Source: the human T2T-CHM13v2.0 reference genome, Homo sapiens. Taken from it: a stretch of 64,000 bases of DNA. Below are positions 62,501 through 64,000 of this stretch, one piece after another (position 1 is the stretch's first letter; every line of letters starts with the position of its first letter). The stretch is taken from the NCBI RefSeq assembly GCF_009914755.1, contig NC_060925.1; one strand, given 5' to 3'. The notes under the pieces were generated by a model that did not search any database, was not told where the DNA came from, and saw only the letters and a list, made by a program, of their open reading frames with translations. The translations under genes and the position numbers were made by a program.

Positions 62501-64000
62501 GATTCTGTCTAGTTTTTATACGAAGATATTTCCTTTTCTGCCTTTGGCCCCAAAGCGCTTGAAATCTCCACTTGCAAATTCCACAAAAACAGTGTTTCAA
62601 ATCTGCTCTCTCTAAATGAAAGTTCAACTCTGTCAGTTGAATACACACAACACAAGGAAGTTACTGAGAATTCTTCTGTCTAGCATAATATGAAGAAATC
62701 CCGTTTCCAACGAAGGCCTCAAAGGGGTCTCAATATCCACTTGCAGACTTTATAAACAGAGTGTTTACTAAGTGCTCTATGAAAAGAAAGGTTAAACTCT
62801 GTGAGTTGAACACACACATCACAAAGGAGTTTCTGAGAATCATTCTGTCTAGTTTTTCTACGAAGATATTTCCTTTTCTACTATTGACCTGAAAGCGGCT
62901 GGAATCTCCACTTGCAAATTCCACAAAAAGAGTGTTTCAAGTCTGCTATGTGTAAAGGATCGTTCAACTCTGTGAGTTGAATACACACAACACAAGGAAG
63001 TTACTGAGAATTCTTCTGTCTAGCAGAATATGAAGAAATCCCGTTTCCAACGAAGGCCTCAAAGAGGTCTGAATATCCACTTGCAGACTTTACAAACAGA
63101 GTGTTTCCTAACTGCTCTATGAAAAGAAAAGTTAAACTCTGTGAGTTGAACGCACACATCACAAAGGAGTTTCTGAGAATCGTTCTGTCTAGTTTCTATA
63201 GGAAGATATTTCCTATTCTACCATTGACCTCAAAGCGGCTGAAATCTCCACTTGCAAATTCCACAAAAAGAGTGTTTCAAGTCTGCTCTCTGTAAAGGAT
63301 CGTTCAACTCTGTGAGTTGAATACACACAACACAAGGAAGTTTCTGAGAAATATTCTGTCTAGCAGAATATGAAGAAATCCCGTTTCCAACGAAGGTCTC
63401 AAAGAGGTCTGAATATCCACTTGCAGACTTTACAAACAGAGTGTTTCCTAACTGCTCTATGAAAAGAAAGGTTAAACTCTGTGAGTTGAACGCACACATC
63501 ACAAAGGAGTTTATGAGAATCATTCTGTCTAGTTTCTATAAGAAGATACTTCCTATTCTACCATTGACCTGAAAGCGGCTGAAATCTCCACTTGCAAATT
63601 CGACAAAAAGAGTGTTTCAAGCCTGCTCTCTGTAAAGGATCCTTCAACTCTGTGAGTTGAATACACACAACACAAGGAAGTTACTGAGAATTCTTCTGTC
63701 TAGCATAATATGAAGAAATCCCGTTTCCAACGAAGGCCTCAAAGGGGTCTGAATATCCACTTGCAGACTTTATAAACAGAGTGTTTACTAACTGCTCTAT
63801 GAAAAGAAAGGTTAAACTCTGTGAGTTGAACACACACATCACAAAGGAGTTTCTGAGAATCATTCTGTCTAGTTTTTCTACGAAGATATTTCCTTTTCTA
63901 CTATTGACCTCAAAGCGGCTGAAATCTCCACTTGCAAATTCCACAAAAAGAGTGTTTCAAGTCTGCTCTGTGTAAAGGATCGTTCAACTCTGTGAGTTGA

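Larger units (their letters stand above)
148..63735 (-). promoter_or_regulatory. About 188 CENP-B box positions, one per 340 bp dimer (first 148-164, last 63719-63735)
   Basis: The + strand tcccgtttccaacgaag is the reverse complement of CTTCGTTGGAAACGGGA, matching consensus YTTCGTTGGAARCGGGA with core NTTCGNNNNANNCGGGN. The count is estimated from span/340. The C dimer has acccg..., a non-core change. Confidence 0.96.
1..64000 (-). repeat. Alpha-satellite (alphoid) centromeric HOR array, suprachromosomal family 1 (J1/J2 340 bp dimer); best fit D1Z7/D5Z2/D19Z3 (S1C1/5/19H1L)-like
   Basis: Seen: continuous ~170 bp tandem units with hallmark alphoid strings (aactctgtgagttgaa, ccacttgca, agagtgtttc, ttctgtctag), a strict 340 bp period reflected in ORF-track spacing, one EcoRI site (gaattc) in most dimers, and a CENP-B box in every second monomer. 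Established: the 340 bp EcoRI dimer with alternating boxes is typical of human SF1. The chromosome or array name is inferred from recall and is less certain than the satellite call. Confidence 0.98.

Noticed and set aside
110-63975. Hundreds of 60-131 aa ORFs on both strands (e.g. MFPNCSMKRKVKLCELN..., MILRNSFVMCAFNSQS...)
   Set aside because: They recur with the 340 bp period, overlap on opposite strands, and open or close with single satellite SNVs. Many start at GTG/TTG, and none has a recognisable domain or gene structure. They are translation artefacts of alpha satellite, used here only as coordinate markers.
1-64000. CRISPR-like repeat/spacer interpretation of conserved blocks with a short palindrome
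   Set aside because: The intervening sequences are themselves near-identical repeats and not unique spacers. There are no cas genes, and the sequence is primate centromeric DNA.
1-64000. Transposon insertion (L1/Alu/LTR), inversion or non-alphoid island
   Set aside because: None was seen. The 340 bp phase and the minus-strand CENP-B box orientation persist from start to end, with cumulative drift of only a few bp.
1-64000. Definite chromosome assignment and kinetochore (CENP-A/CDR) position
   Set aside because: The chr1/5/19 arrays share monomers, and other SF1 arrays cannot be excluded without HMM typing. Kinetochore position is epigenetic and cannot be read from sequence.

Overview
The whole 64 kb window is one uninterrupted primate (human-type) centromeric alpha-satellite array of about 376 monomers of ~170 bp. 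They form ~340 bp dimers (one CENP-B-box monomer plus one box-less monomer), all in one orientation, with the CENP-B box on the minus strand. The 340 bp EcoRI dimer and alternating boxes indicate suprachromosomal family 1. Two strongly diverged dimers plus near-identical generic dimers best fit the D1Z7/D5Z2/D19Z3 (chr1/5/19) family, but that assignment is an inference. The modal higher-order repeat (HOR) is a 2720 bp 16-mer of 8 dimers, labelled A-H here. Between 28 copies of the diagnostic C dimer I count 10 x 16-mer, 7 x 10-mer, 3 x 12-mer, 3 x 14-mer, and one each of 4-, 8-, 20- and 22-mer. Private SNVs reveal a near-perfect 10,539 bp tandem duplication, an older 2,040 bp tandem duplication and mosaic re-use of blocks at 3.4, 11.2 and 12.6 kb offsets. 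I found no genes, RNA genes, transposons, inversions or CRISPR arrays, and all listed ORFs are satellite artefacts. I see no new protein-coding system. The points of interest concern array architecture and evolution. All comparisons were made by eye and from ORF-track coordinates, not by alignment.
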